Positions 50,383 to 64,000 of a stretch of 64,000 bases of DNA are shown in pieces. Both the position numbers and the translations under genes were made by a program. Each line of letters opens with the position of its first letter. Positions within the stretch are counted from its first letter, which is position 1. Origin of the DNA: Botryllus schlosseri (lineage: Eukaryota); the NCBI GenBank assembly GCA_051294905.1, contig CM119378.1, positions 3,102,001 to 3,166,000 on the forward strand, given 5' to 3'. The notes under the pieces were generated by a model. That model was not told the origin of the DNA, ran no database searches, and worked only from the letters and a program-made list of their open reading frames with translations.

Positions 50383-53300
50383 ACTAATGTATAAATTCTC
50401 AACCTGTTTAGATAAACGACAAAAGCACATTAAAGTATTTCATATGTAACGCACTAGCCAAAGCCGTAGAACGGATGTTGCACTGTACGATATCAGACGA
50501 TGTGAACTCCCGGAAGTAGACTTGGATAACTACATAATTCTAATTTTATACTATAATCAGAAAAAAGTGTCGGTGATCCGGTCCCAGCTATAATTCGAAT
50601 CATAATACAATTTGGGAAAGCTTCAAATTTTCTACGGATGATATCACAGTTTCATTGTGATCAATATGACGCTGGGGATATGTTAATATCAGAATGACTT
50701 AATCCAAAATTTAGAGGCGGTACACGAGCTTCCTGCACTCTCCTATGCCTATACCGACTGTAAGTACAAAAGTACGTATATATACCAAACGTTCCTGCCT
50801 CTATGTTTAGTTAGATCATGGTTCTTAAAACTGTTGTGGGCCGCTGCGTGCACCCACAAAATTTTAGAAGCCACTCACTAACAAAAGGTCTTCACTTTGG
50901 GGCTCAATCTCGATTTAGGCTACTTTATACCTAAAATCTGTCTGATGACTAAGAAAAAAGGTCTTCACTGTGGCCCAATCTCGATTCGAACTATTTGACG
51001 TCAAGTAAGATATCTTATAACTAAAAAGGTTGTTCAACTTTCATTCCTTCAATCTCAACTCTATTTAGGCCAGCATGGCTAAGATAACTATAATCACTAG
51101 GCAAGATAATGCCAGTCCAATTCACGGCGTCACTCCCGAACGATTATCTGGTTTTTAGTTGACAAATTTTAGTTGTTGACATATTTCAACCTTTTACGGA
51201 CTTCCAAGAACTAGCCAAAGAACCCCCGAGTTAGATTAATGTATCGGCGATGCTGCATGCGTGGACCGTTAGCCCCGCTTGTTTGCATTACTAAAAATCT
51301 GGAATGAAGTTCTTGGAATGTCTGTTTATGTTGTAAACATATTGCTCGATTGTTGAAAAGCAGTTTTTGAGTATCTAACTACACCCCTGTCTGAATGATA
51401 TATCGACCGAGTAGTACTCATGAATCACAGCACGTACCGTACCGTTCGTAAGATGTCGTTCATGACGGTGGAGTGACATATCCCATTACAGGATTCAACA
51501 ATCCGTTTGAGAAAATTCTTAAAAATCGAATGGATCATCGGTTTAGGGAACACATGAACTTCTCATCGAATCTTCGGAGTCCAAGAATCACTGTTCTGGG
51601 TCCTAAATATCATTTGCAGCTGCACCAGGCACGACTAACGTCGTTACTTCCTCACCGCGTGCTCAAAAATATAATCACCATCGATCATTTCTGATAGATT
51701 CTCGTATGAAGTTGAATATCGAGGTCACGGCATAAAACCTTATGGTGCGATCGGAATTAAATCACCACTCGTTCAGCTCGTATAATAGCAGCTAGTGCTA
51801 TTACTAAACCCATTCGATAATTAACAGACTGTCTTCATACAATATACCACTGATGCTGGTGCTCCAAAGAGCAGAGGTAGGCCTACCACATGATTCTTTT
51901 CAACATTATTAAACAGATGAGAAATAGATCCCCTCACTGCGCAGAATACAGGCCGCACTCGGTTCAAGCACGTAGCCTAGTTGTATCGGAAGCAAGTAAT
52001 TCTAATTTATCGTCCGCAACGAGGATATTGTGTGACATTTCAAGTAATATGTTTGTTATGTTCGTTGTTCGTGCATTTAACGTTGGTATCGTTTGTTTCA
52101 TTAATGTCTAGGATTAGTAATTACCGCCAATCATTATTTCCTCGTGTGTCGTGCTTTGTATTTATACCCTGTGTTCTGTTGTTTATACGCGTATTTCGCT
52201 TAACTGCACTCTGGATCGTGTCGCCTGTCTCAAGTTATTCTGCTGTATAATATACTGATTTCGTATTGCAACCTCGTCGTATGAGTTATTGTTCAAACAA
52301 GATCAAGAACATAACAATGTTCATATTTCATCTTAGTTTTGTGTTTAATTTTTCTTCCTGTCACCGTACAGGTAGTTGAAATTCGAGGAACATCGACAAA
52401 CGTTGTTTGCATTACTGAATATCATGATTCATTCACAGAAATATTCACATTATAGATATAGAATCCAAAAGGATGGTTCTGCGAGCTCCATCCTCGTGGT
52501 TCGGGACATAATAATTTTATTTATAATCGACTAGGGCTACCGTACGTCCTATACAGCTTTTGCAGCTGATAATGGACAGATTCGAGTGAAAACGGGCATT
52601 AATAACGCTAAATAGGAAGGACGGACGTTCGAGCGTGAAATTTGGGGTTCGATCGAAAGCGACCTTTTTTTAGTCAACTCACCAAATTTTACAGCAAAAA
52701 TAGCGAAATCGGCTGTTTTCAGTTTTGATCAACTAATTTTTCTGATTTGGTAAAAGTGTCCTCCGTTCCCGATTCTAAAATATGGTAATATATATATATA
52801 TTGGTAACGACAGAACAAAGACTAATAAATTAAATTTTACTGTTAGGCCAAAATCACGAACTTCCCCGTTGCATGTTATCTGTATAGTTTTGACGAGCTA
52901 CTCACGTAGTACTTGCACGTCGATCGCCGTATATCCAGTTATCCACACCCATATACTATATTAACGTTACCGTATTGTCGGGCTGTTTCGTGATGATGTC
53001 ATTATAGAATAATGAAGTAAATATTCCAGAACAGCCGTGACGAACCGCAGTCCGAGTACCAATTCTGGGAGAAATGCTCGACCTTCTCATTATTTACGGA
53101 AAGACTCTGTCAATGCTTGATGTCATGCATAATATTCCGTATTCCTTCAACAACTAGAAATTCCACTCAATTAAAAGGACCGCTGTTCCAGTCAGTTGTT
53201 TGTATCCGGCCTCATCCCAATAAAAAACCATGGCTTACGTAGTTTACGCACTGCGAAGTCTCGTTGAGCGAGCATGCACGATGTACATTGCACAAGTGCA

Positions 53301-53439
53301 TACTAGATATATCTTTGAACACTTGAACAGTCACAGATGATTGTCAAATATTCCTAGTCGCCTAATTTGAATCTGGAAGAGTCCTTTCTACTTTAATGTT
53401 GAACAAATGCAACTGACACATATAATACATACATAGACA

Positions 53440-53860
53440 AACATTTAATCGACTAGTAGCTACCAGCGTCATTGTGGCAACTGGATACTGATTTATGCGA
53501 TCAGTATCCAATCCAGTTTGATGAGCAGAATACCGGACACCGACGGCGTTGCATTTGCTGAAGGCGAATGACTAACAGTCACTAAATCTCCAGTTCAAAC
53601 TCCTTGATTTAGATAATAGTTAAAACCCCGTCTCAGTAATTTCCTGCTCAGTTTTGGAATCACGTAATGACAGTGCTTTCCCGTGACAAATGCCTACTGA
53701 AATCTAACGGTACTGGCTTGATGCTTTTAGATCACCGTTGTGTATTGACGCGTGAAGACATTAAATCTGACGTAGACCCCTGCCCTAGTACAATACAGGT
53801 CAACGTAGGTCTTGGTTATACTGATGAATTGTTAATGAGAACCAAAGACTAAAATATCTG
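53440..53860 (-). mobile_element. Possible highly decayed Penelope-like RT fragment
   Basis: Frameshifted, ordered peptide traces (KTYVDL, FNYYLN, DTDRINQY) resembling Penelope RT motifs; by eye only. Confidence 0.3.
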
Positions 53861-54391
53861 AACGCAAAAGGGGCGGGGAGGCTTGGATTTTCTTAGAAAA
53901 CATTTTATTCATTGTCATTCAATGGAAATAATATCAACACATTTCTACAGCGCGTAACAATACATACAATAGCATCCAATCACGCCGACCATATAGGAAA
54001 ACGTGTTGCAGCCGTGAAATATGTTAAAAAATGTTTCAACATCTATGCTCAAACGCATATAAATATTGTACAACGAAGGAAGACACAGTCTATATGGATC
54101 AGCAAAAAGCAGAAATGACACGCTAATCAACTAACAATGCGTTAACAATTTAAAATGGTTCGTTATATATAGCTTAGGGTTGTCATGCGTCCGGATTTTC
54201 CCGGGCATGTCCGGAATTTTAGCATTTAAACTGCGTCCGGAAGGAAATGGTGAAATATGCTTAAATGCCCTGAATTTTGGAAAATTGTATTTTAGCCCGA
54301 GTTCTTCTAGGTTACCAGTTGCCATTCCCTCCCCCCCCCCATATTTTACTAGGTAGCGAACATTATCAGCTCGCCAAAGCTGTCTGCTTTT

Positions 54392-54741
54392 GCCGATCAA
54401 GGTAGCGTAATGGTGAAGCGTCCGGCTTCTTGATCGGTAGGTCGTGGGTCCATGCCCAGTGGGGTCAGACCAAACACCGGATTAGTAAACTGGTATCCAT
54501 GGCCTCCCCGCTTGGCGCTCGGCATTGCTGGGATAGCATGAAGGGGTGGTGCAAGACTTAGAAAGCCCTACATCTACAAGGCTATATCTGCACCTTCTTT
54601 GTCCAGCGGCATATGAACAATGAACATCATGCACTCACAGTATGCATATGCGCAGATCGTGTGCATGCATATCATGAGTCGGTGTATATGCCGAAAAAAC
54701 ATCAAGGACAAAAATAAACTATACGTCCTTTCCTTTCCTTT
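54392..54741 (+). mobile_element. tRNA-derived SINE, probably with a Meta-type central domain, nested in MITE 54175-55169
   Basis: A-box-like GGTAGCGTAATGG, degenerate B box, then GGGTCAGACCAAA…TGGTATCCATGGCCTCCCCGCTTGGCGCTCGGCATT; AATAAA and (CCTTT)3 tail. Confidence 0.7.
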
Positions 54742-56633
54742 AAACCTGTCCGCAACTCGAACATGACGTGTTGGAAATGGTATTTCAAGAAGAATATCAA
54801 TAGGGTTGGCCTATTCTAGTTCAAGGTTTCTTAAACTGTGGGGCGTGGAAGTGAGTGGCAAACTGTTCCCCTCCCCCTCCCCCAATCAATGATATGATAT
54901 AGAATTACGTGCCCAACATTTTCAAACTCATCACCTTCACCAGCTTCACCGCTAAGTCTGGTCACATGGACGGAAAGAGGATGAAATTTAACAGTAATAT
55001 ATAAAGAACAATATTATTTACAGCGTATATACCGTATATCGAGCTGCCAATCAATTAGATCAACAAAGTCTTACGGAAAGAACCAAACAATGCTAGCGTG
55101 ACGCCATATTGACACTCGTGGACACTAAAGAGTGCCCGGAATTTGGACCACGGAAATATGGTAACCCTAGCTACTCTAATTAACGCTTTCAACTTTTTGC
55201 GGAAAATTGTAAATTGCGTGCGGTAGGACATTCTGGGACAAAATTCGAATAATCAAGTGAACGTGTAGAAAGCAATCGCTGCATGGTTAGAACAACCGAT
55301 AACTGAAATCTGATAGAACCCAAACTATCCTGCCTACCAGACTTGAGGAGATTACTGCGTCAATGTAATCGACTGCGATTACAACACAATCTCACAGTAC
55401 GCGATTACGGTTATATCGAGAATATTATTCACGATTATATTCATTTTGCCTCCTTGAAATTGAACAGGAGCCCTTAACGCATATTCGAAGATAACTATAG
55501 ACGCGAGACTGTATGATGACTGAATGGCGAAATAACTCTTTAGGGGAATAAGGCAAAATCGACAGGAAGTTCTGCCGCACCGAATAATGCGTCTCGTAAT
55601 GTTACACCAGCATAGAATAGGCAAACAGAGCACGGATAATGCAATATGACTTTTTGAATAACGCCAATGAACAGAACAGTGTGGTTATAGATACGATTTC
55701 TGTTGGCAACCGCCAAGTTTTGATGACTTGATATTCCGATCGTAACGATTTATTTGACGTGTAAAACATTTTCAAATCAATTGGAGCTTTTGTGCGGTTT
55801 GTAGAATGAGGCAAGCGCGAAATGTCATACCATCCACCAAACTAGTCGAAACGGATTGAATTTCGGAATTTGTGCGCGACATATCGTCCCCACTCTATCA
55901 CGATCATCTGGAAAGTCCAAGCATTCTAAGCTGACTTTGCTTTAGTGGCGATGCGGCGTTGGTTCTGCGTATTATGCGTTGTGAGGAATACCAGAGATTT
56001 ACCTGTTGCAATTTGATTCATAACTACTATAATTGGCATTCGCGCTGTAACATGCAAACAATGGTTTCGCGTTGGCGTGTCCGCCTCTGTGAATTATAAA
56101 TGTTTTGTTCATTTCCTCAGAAAACTCTGTACTGAGTGATGGGTACTTTCATGCCTTCTCGGAATTTGGTGTCAATGCCACTGACTTGTTCCTAATATAG
56201 TGAATAAAGGGAAAACGCAACACTGGCGTCGGATGGTTGTAATGTGGCCTATGGACATTGAACAATTTATCATCTTCGACATTTGGCGTCTTGAGGGAAT
56301 TTTACGTAAAACTATTTCTTAATTAATATCTGAACTTTCTCAAGAAATGTGTTGTAGGCCTAGAGTATAAGCATCTTCCATTTATTCAGAATTGCTTCGC
56401 GGGCCGGATGTTTGACACCCCTTCTATACGCTATACTGCGCTAGGATGAATAATTGATTGACTAGTATAGTTAATACTTGCATGTCGTATGTTACAATAT
56501 GCAGTGAGGTTCATAAATCCAGCGTTTCCGATATCAATAACTTGATACATTGCGCCATTCCTTGTTCAGCCTATGTCATATGTGAATCATCAACTAAATT
56601 TAGAGTGTTGAGTGCTTTTATAAAGAAATCGAT

Positions 56634-56899
56634 TATATCGTCGCTGGAAAACCAAACAGTCTTATGTCCATTTTGGAAATTTTGACTTGGACCATATAGG
56701 CTAATTTGGACATACACCAGTTTTGTTTTCAATTCACCTTGAAATTCAAGTTCATATGTCAACTTCACTAGAAATTCATGCCACTTCGGAACTTGGAACC
56801 CGGTTAAAACGAAAGATCTATGTCCAAATAGTAATGGAAAAAAGAATCCGAAAATACGGAAAGTGGACATAGAAAGTTTGGTTTTTCAGCGACGATATA
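56634..56899. mobile_element. MITE with about 35-bp TIRs and TA ends (Tc1/mariner-like)
   Basis: TATATCGTCGCTGGAAAACCAAAC…GTTTGGTTTTTCAGCGACGATATA. Confidence 0.7.
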
Positions 56900-57097
56900 G
56901 GCCCATGAGAAACGTCCGATTACGATTATACCCCATGTCTGTTGCCTATTGTCTCAACGTAGTGTGAACAAATTCGCAGTTGCTTGTTCCGCACACACAA
57001 TTGTACATCGTCATTATGATGGTCACCGAGAATGGTGCGTGCTTCTCAGAATATAACCAGTTTAAGAAAACTTGGGCACAAGCGACCTGCATAGCAC

Positions 57098-58063
57098 TTA
57101 TGTAGGGGAGGAACGGACTCGCACTGTATAGGTCGAATTTGAGTGGACAGGTTTTTCATAAGCACTGTCACGTTTACAGTAAAACGGGGCTCTCAAAATA
57201 TGAGTAAAATCTTGAAACGTCATCAGCATGGCAATCTGATTGGCGACGATATCAACATCCATCGCGATGAACGCGTTTGCCATACTCAACAATTCCGTGG
57301 ACTTGAGGGCAAGCAGTATCAATAAAGCGGCATCGGTTATTATAATGATGGACGATGCTATCAGACACCGTCGAATAAGCGACGATACACAGTCTTTTCT
57401 ACCGTCCGACATATTTACACTGCGAATTTTCACAACGGGGTACAGAAAATATACACAGTACACAAATTGATTAAATATACCGTAACCCAGCATACCGATT
57501 GTAAACTTGAAGCAATGCTCTCTCACCCAGAAGCACCCTTGATTGACGCTCCAAGTGAACGTAGATATGATCATAAACACTACCACACATCCGGTGAGTA
57601 CCATATGACACCAGCTCGATATTTTTACGAATTTTGGAGTAAAACTGCTCACTGCTGGGCTGGAATTGAGAACGGCTTGCCTCAGCCATAAAAATCCGTA
57701 TATTGAGTAGGAAGCAACACATGTGGCGGCTTCTACAATCCCAGCAAGTACAGTACAATCCTTCAATTTCCCAGCGGTGAGTATCAATACGATTTGCGCG
57801 ACGTAGCTCGGCAAGCCTAATGCAGTCACGACCAAGCATGAAAGAAAGACGCTCCGAGCTTCCGAAACGGAAAACTTCTTTTTTCTAGCCCCATAAACTA
57901 ACAGGCAGATCACGAAGTAGACGTTGATCGTTAGCAGGGTCGGCACTATGACGCAGAAAATGTTCGTGTATTGAAGCATCGCAGTGGCGTCTACCGGAGA
58001 TACCGTCGTGTTAGGCGTTCCATCTTTAGCAGCAGGATTTTCGGTTTCATTCTGAATCTCCAT
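57098..58063 (-). CDS. Seven-transmembrane GPCR-like protein, uninterrupted ORF (321 aa)
   Basis: Seven hydrophobic segments; shares VPT, YG.R.KK, YSI.GFLW.RQA, FTPKFV.I.SW.H, MLGYG.F.Q, LIRRC..AS, DVDIV.NQ.AML.TF with 49390-50382. Confidence 0.85.
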   Translation of the reverse strand: MEIQNETENPAAKDGTPNTTVSPVDATAMLQYTNIFCVIVPTLLTINVYFVICLLVYGARKKKFSVSEARSVFLSCLVVTALGLPSYVAQIVLILTAGKLKDCTVLAGIVEAATCVASYSIYGFLWLRQAVLNSSPAVSSFTPKFVKISSWCHMVLTGCVVVFMIISTFTWSVNQGCFWVREHCFKFTIGMLGYGIFNQFVYCVYFLYPVVKIRSVNMSDGRKDCVSSLIRRCLIASSIIIITDAALLILLALKSTELLSMANAFIAMDVDIVANQIAMLMTFQDFTHILRAPFYCKRDSAYEKPVHSNSTYTVRVRSSPT

Positions 58064-59931
58064 ATCTTATCATTTCCAAATCGCGTTTTAGTTACTGAGT
58101 TAGCGCTATAGGCCATAATAAAAGAATGTGAATACTTGAGCTCGACTGCCATCGCTGAAATATCATAACCAGAGTCAAGTTCAGTTCAAATCATACCAGA
58201 ATCCATTCGCATAAGCACAAGCACGAGAGTAGCAAATATCTGTACAACAAGATTGGCTCGGTTCTCACCATATAGTTCGCCAGTAGCCTTTTCAGGAAAA
58301 CCAGAAATTAGATAATTAAAATTAAAGCATATAAACATTTCACAAATTAGATCATAAGTACATTATCGGCAATTTGCTTTAATTAGACGAATAGATAACT
58401 AACTAGTTGCGTGAGTCTCATCATAAATTTCCGGTCAACCGACAATTACTCTAGAACGGTGGTTGTCTGATTTCGCAGTCGTTGGTAAACCTTCCTACCT
58501 TTTAATAGTATCGCAATCTTGTGGCGTTTTCAAGGTGATATGATTATTATCAATATACTGAATCGAAACGAGTGCATCTTGTGCAACTGCAAATAATTCT
58601 CTTCGTGGACAGCACAGCGATGAGCATGCTGCGCCAAAACATAATATTAATAGGCATCATGATCTTAGTGCACGGCGAAATGTCGTTAACCTCATGCCCC
58701 TCGCCAACTATCATCTCTTACTCGAATAACAAATCCTACAGCTCGCAAATTCCACCTGACGATCTGCGAACCATCAGTAACGAGCCCTACTTCCGCGACC
58801 AACTACCCAGCAGCCCGAACACACGCGATTACCGCGAAAGCCTCCAAAATTCGTAATGTATATTCAACACAATAAAGCTTTTTAGAATAGGGACTCAAAT
58901 TTCTACACGGAAATACAAAAGTACATTCGAAGCCGAACAGGAAAACACAGTAAAAATATTTCAAACGGTTCGCCTCGTAGTGACACAGTTATAGTACAAT
59001 ACAAGGTGCTACGCGAGTCGACAGATGCCAATCAACTGCCTAAGCGGGCAGATATTAAAAAAACATAATGCGATACATTTCATCTCATCAACGCTGACAA
59101 AATAACGTGTAAACGTGTGACGTACAGAAAGAGTATATCGTTAAGCCGGCGGACAGGTTACAGACGTCCACGCAACCCCGAAACACAGCCCCAGTGTAAC
59201 CAATCCTTGAGAAGCGAGAAAATTCACAAGGTTAACGTGCGACAAAGCACCATAAACACCTGCTTACGCAAATATTCTCAATGCAAGACAGTCGTCTGAC
59301 TTAACACAATCATGTAACTACATAAAGAATGTCGAGGCAATCTAAAAAGCAGTACTAATGGTAATGGTAGCTACGAAATAGAAAATTCAGGCACAGTTGA
59401 AGGACGCACGACGGAAGTAACGCAGGTGCCGAGGTGATGTCACAATGGCGCTTCTTCATACGCCACCGTTTCCGGTGTGCCGTAACAATGCCAGCGCAGT
59501 CACGGGCAAACTATGGAACTGCGAACATCCTGTCTGTTACTAAGGATGTCAACCTGAATATCCGAGTGCGTGTAACAGGCAACGCCACTCAATCCGTTTC
59601 AAACTTGTGGAATGCGAATACGCAAAGAAAGCCTTTGGCAAGGACTAGACTAGTATATCGCCAAAATGCAAGATTTCAGTAACGAAAGTGCTAATAAACT
59701 CAATTCTTGTACAAGCTAAGTGTGTGCAAGAGGGTGTTCAATCAATTTTAGACTTACCAAGAACCCCAATACGTAATCAAACCCTTTGGCAAGGACTAGT
59801 ACAGTGCCAAAACGTTTATCAATGCTTTATCGTCGCTAATAAACTGTGTGCGATAAGGTACAAAGATTTGCGATTTCTATAGTTCAGCAACAATGCAACT
59901 ACATCATACAGAAAAAAAAACAGGCCCGCAA

Positions 59932-62900
59932 TCACACGCATCCATACTCGAACCACAGCGTGCTTTTGTCCGATTCGTTCGTGCTGTCGTTAGTTTTAGG
60001 CTGCTTGCTCGGAGTTCCCGGCCTCCTCGCTCCGCCCGAGGCTGCAGGCAACGGCGTTGATGTATTAACCGGCCTTCTAGTCGATTTAGCATCAGGAGGC
60101 ACGTCTCTGCGTATAGGACTAGGCACTACGTCTGGAGGTACATCCCTACGAGTCGGGTTAGCTGAAGCCTGCAACGGGCTGACAGTGGCGATGTCAACTT
60201 GTCTCGAAGATTCTGGGGTCGGAGTGAAGCCTCCTGTGTGCGGGGAACGGGGCGTACGATGGCCGCGGGGTAAAGACATAGTCGCGTACCCGGGGCTAGG
60301 CGAGGCTCGATTTGAGAGCGGAGTTCTAGGCCTAGATTGCGGCCCGGAGACGCCGTTGGCCTGAGCAGAATGCCTAGTCTTTGATATAGGCGTGGAAGAT
60401 CGCGGCGAAGTGGAAGACACGAGGCTATCTAATCTGTCGATCACAGAACCGGACCGGCGTTCTTGTGGAATCTCTCGCATGGACTGCGAGGAAAGGTGAT
60501 GGGCGTAGGGAGCCACGTTTCCCGTGGGTTTGCCTAGCGCGGCGCTTGAGGGCCGCGCCCTGGGGTCTGCTTTTGGTCTCGAGGGCTGAGGCCGTTCTTG
60601 GCTAGGAGAGGCGCCGCTCTGTAACATCGTAAACGAGTTTGAGTAACTCGAACTCGTGAATGATAATGTTATACCACCGACGAATACCCACAGCAAGCGA
60701 ATGGGGCTGTTGTCAAGAACTGCACTGTGTGTAGTGATTACTCGGTGTGGTCAATAACGATTCAATTCAACAAATCACAATGACACGACCAATTCGTTCA
60801 CATCACCCACAAGAAAAGGGTGTCTGGAGCACGGTAATAGAACAGTGAAACTGTGACGTATCCCCGTATTTACCCGGCCAGGACCCATCCGATTTCTGAT
60901 ATAGTCACACAAAATGTGAGAACAATCAGTGGCTAGTCACAGCACGCAAAGTACAGGAACTGCCGACATTCGCTTGCTGGGATTCGACTGCGTATAAATT
61001 GAAAATGTTATCACTCGAAAAACGTACACTATTCCAGAATAATGGGTTTGATCAGGCAGGGTATGGCCTGACGACACTTCCGTAATTGTGTGCGAGTCAC
61101 CAGCAGTCATTTCAGCCGGAAATGACGTGGCACCGAAGCCTCTGCTGATGGATAGTGCGATGAGCCTCATCGCAATATACCGAGATTATACTTTTCGAGT
61201 GATAACATTCCGACGATAAGTTTATTGTGATACGTGGTAAATTCATAACAGAAAACCATGCATGCCACGAAGCAACAGAGCAAAGAAAGAGAAAAAGCAA
61301 GAAAACAACAAACAATCGTATCTGGAATATAATCGTATGTCTGCACAGTGTAGCACGGTGTACTACTGTACATGTCTGATTACTACTATCAAGTTATCGA
61401 CCACTAAGATTTGTAATGAGCTACGAAAATCAACAAACCGTTGAAATAACGATCAAAAAATCTATCGAGTGATTGCACAAAATGCACAATGTACAGTACA
61501 GCCCTCAATGATAGATTTTATTGCAATATCGGTCAGTACGTTGCAAAGCTACTCAAATTACGACACACCACGCCGCGTGCAGTAAGGTAAGTGAGCTACG
61601 CTTTGAGCCACAAATTAACAGTAAGTGATGTTCTTCATGTGCACCACACATATGCAATATTCGCTACCACTAATGTCCACACAATTGCCATCTACGAATT
61701 TCGAAGCCTACAAACAGATACGACTCTCTAAATTATTTAAGAAGTTCTAATTTTGTTTAAAAAATAATGAAACATGCAGAAATATTTCGGGTGAAAATCC
61801 AACGTAACCATGCTTATGCACGGGCATGAAGACAGATAAAATCTTCTCAGCGACGCAATGTCATTAATCCTGTCAGAAAATGACAAGGGCTGTGACAATT
61901 TGACCGATAAGCACCGGATGTTAGCCACGATCTCAAACACAGCGCGTCGAAGATTTCCCCTGTCTGACAGTTTGAAAATAATGAACCGACAAGCCAAACA
62001 ATCTCATACGATCAGTTGATTTGTGTTGATGCAGGAAATGACGGTCGCGTGTAGTGCCGAATGTGAAAGAAGACCTATCATCTTTAGACCAAGATTTCCC
62101 AGATCACGTCCATACCATTGCCTTTATATTGACCAGAACAGTTGAATTCAACGCTAGATCGACATTTGAATGATTGATAGGCGTTGGATATGATAAAAGT
62201 AACAATCATCACTTCCGGTCGACTTGGTGTAAGTGATTGACTAGCCACAGCTTAAAAACGATCACTCAAATTAGTCAAATATCTTTAAAATGAGTTATAA
62301 CCACTGATCAACAAATATCAATGAAAAGGGGATGCGAATAAGTTAGTTTTTTACCGTGATTTCGAATATGCCCTGACATTTCTTTTTTGGCCGATCAGGT
62401 TTTCGAGATGTTTACATATCAAATTTTCAATACAACACTATTATCCTCATTATGGGAAGATTCCGGGCTGTTACGTAATCCCACGAGGTAATTCCTGAAG
62501 CATTTCATCTGTGTCCGACCGACAAGAAATGTTTAGCGAGTTGGATTAGCCTACGCGGTGCATTGAGCAGTTAATTCCAGATGTAGATAATGCTGCTGTG
62601 CCGAACGTGTAAGTTGTATGCATCAGCAAAGTAACGTTTATAATCATTAAGAACATGCATGATCTATTGCTGTTATCAAAGCAGCAGGGTACATATGTTA
62701 TTCGGCCGAGAAGTGTAGAGAAAATGGTGATTTCAAAATAACATTCAAAAGTTAAATCAGTGGAGTCACACCGGACGGTATAGCAGTTCCAGCTCATCAC
62801 GAAACAAGGACTTTTGCGAATCATAAGACATATCCTGATTGATTGGATATTGTTAGTGGGTTAAGACTAAAACAATTCACTTCCCTTGTTCACTTGTGGG

Positions 62901-63461
62901 TCACGAACCCAATGATGACACCTGGCACAGGAAGAAACAGGGAGGACAGGACAGACGTGTGATATGTGCATGGAGTATGCAGAGTAGAATATACCATATC
63001 GTATCAATGTCTAGCCCGAATAGCATTCACACAAGCAGTGAGTTTCCGTCAACAAGCCCACGGTGCGAGATTCATGTCGTGACAGCATCGTTCAATCACG
63101 CAGTTCAAATCAAGCATAAAAGCACATTCATGTAGCAGACGCATCTCTGCTAAGAATTGGCTTGAGCACAAAAAGGAAAGCATCTCACACGCGAGTAATT
63201 ACAGTATCGTAGTCGCCCAAAAATAAATTTCGGCCAACCATCTCAATCCACGCACAAGTGACCACAACGCGAAACACGCAATCGCAAAACACAGTGCCAA
63301 CGCCGAACCTCTATGGTTGGATTTTCATTTTTTTTCTTGACCGGCGCGATTTCGAATTGCTCTTCCAGAAATTGCTCCAACGAAATCATTTCACTCCCGG
63401 GACTGCCGGCCCTAGCGCCGCCAGCCTCCCGTACATTCCCGTCGTGCGATTCTGTCGAGCT
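59932..63461 (-). CDS. CCDC88: 3' exons of a Girdin/Daple-family gene (continues beyond window end)
   Basis: Exon 63461-63309 contains SPGSEMISLEQFLEE (GBA motif as in Girdin/Daple); last exon 60618-59932 is S/P/R-rich and ends WFEYGCV* (Daple-type PDZ-binding end); both junctions phase 0; intermediate exons not excluded. Confidence 0.9.
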
Positions 63462-64000
63462 CTGAGATTCGCAAGCGATCAACCACAAGATACACACGCG
63501 AATCAACATGATTGTTAATATATACATGAGTACGTTGTTGTGTACATTGATATGTGGCAAGAAGAGAGAGTTGCATGTTCGCGCGACGTATGAATACATG
63601 TTTGTGTGTAGAAACGAAGAATGGAACGAAAAAAGATAAAACAAAACGTTAATATCATAAAATCCAGAAAAAACGGCAACCAAAACCATGATTTTATGAT
63701 ACAACACACACCGTTAACTTGCGGCGTTTCGACGGCTTTTTTTCTGTTTCAAATAGCAACCGCGAATTGTTAGTAAGCACCAAACCGGGAACACTGTCAT
63801 GAAAACTCTATTGCTACGATGTAACTTGAAGCTGCCTCACAGAGCAGCTAGTATTCTATGAATCCAGTAATGGGTTCATTGTGCATTGACCTCGAAGCCT
63901 TCAATACACAACAGGCCTCGAATCTTACGAGAACAACACGGGACAGAATGCGCCCTTTCAGTGTGTATGATCAATTTACGGAATTGACACGGGAGGCGTT

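Noticed and set aside
54392..54470. tRNA gene
   Set aside because: Degenerate B box, no clean cloverleaf, and it continues into a SINE body.
59846..60364. 172-aa plus-strand ORF
   Set aside because: Antisense shadow of the GC-rich CCDC88 last exon.
60937..61170. Possible additional CCDC88 exon
   Set aside because: Splice sites and phase could not be fixed, and no recognisable motif.
63462..63707. Hydrophobic N-terminal part of the 154-aa ORF (likewise the first 26 aa of ORF 59932-60696)
   Set aside because: Intron read-through upstream of splice acceptors, not TM segments.

Overview
AT-rich, intron-containing animal genomic DNA; an invertebrate chordate such as a tunicate is my inference, not proven. 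Host genes are: (i) two tandem, spliced genes (13262-17278, 21417-28329) encoding an uncharacterised type I membrane receptor (signal peptide, 6-Cys CUB-like ectodomain, S/T stalk, one TM helix, Tyr-motif tail), plus an orphan third copy of only the tail exons (45106-45950); (ii) two 7TM/GPCR-like paralogues with uninterrupted ORFs (minus strand); (iii) the 3' end of a CCDC88 (Girdin/Daple) gene with GBA motif and -YGCV PDZ-binding end. The rest is dense with mobile DNA: a decayed Gypsy LTR element, CR1/L2-type LINE pieces, a tRNA-derived SINE, many hAT-type MITEs with 8-bp TSDs (several nested), and probable Penelope relics. The most striking non-obvious signal is two copies of a minimal type I hammerhead ribozyme (9391-9438, 37069-37116) with an identical 45-nt core and a loop-II pseudoknot. 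One sits in a 139-bp insert flanked by a 13-bp TSD, and its empty paralogous site is also in the window. All exon models and alignments were read by eye.
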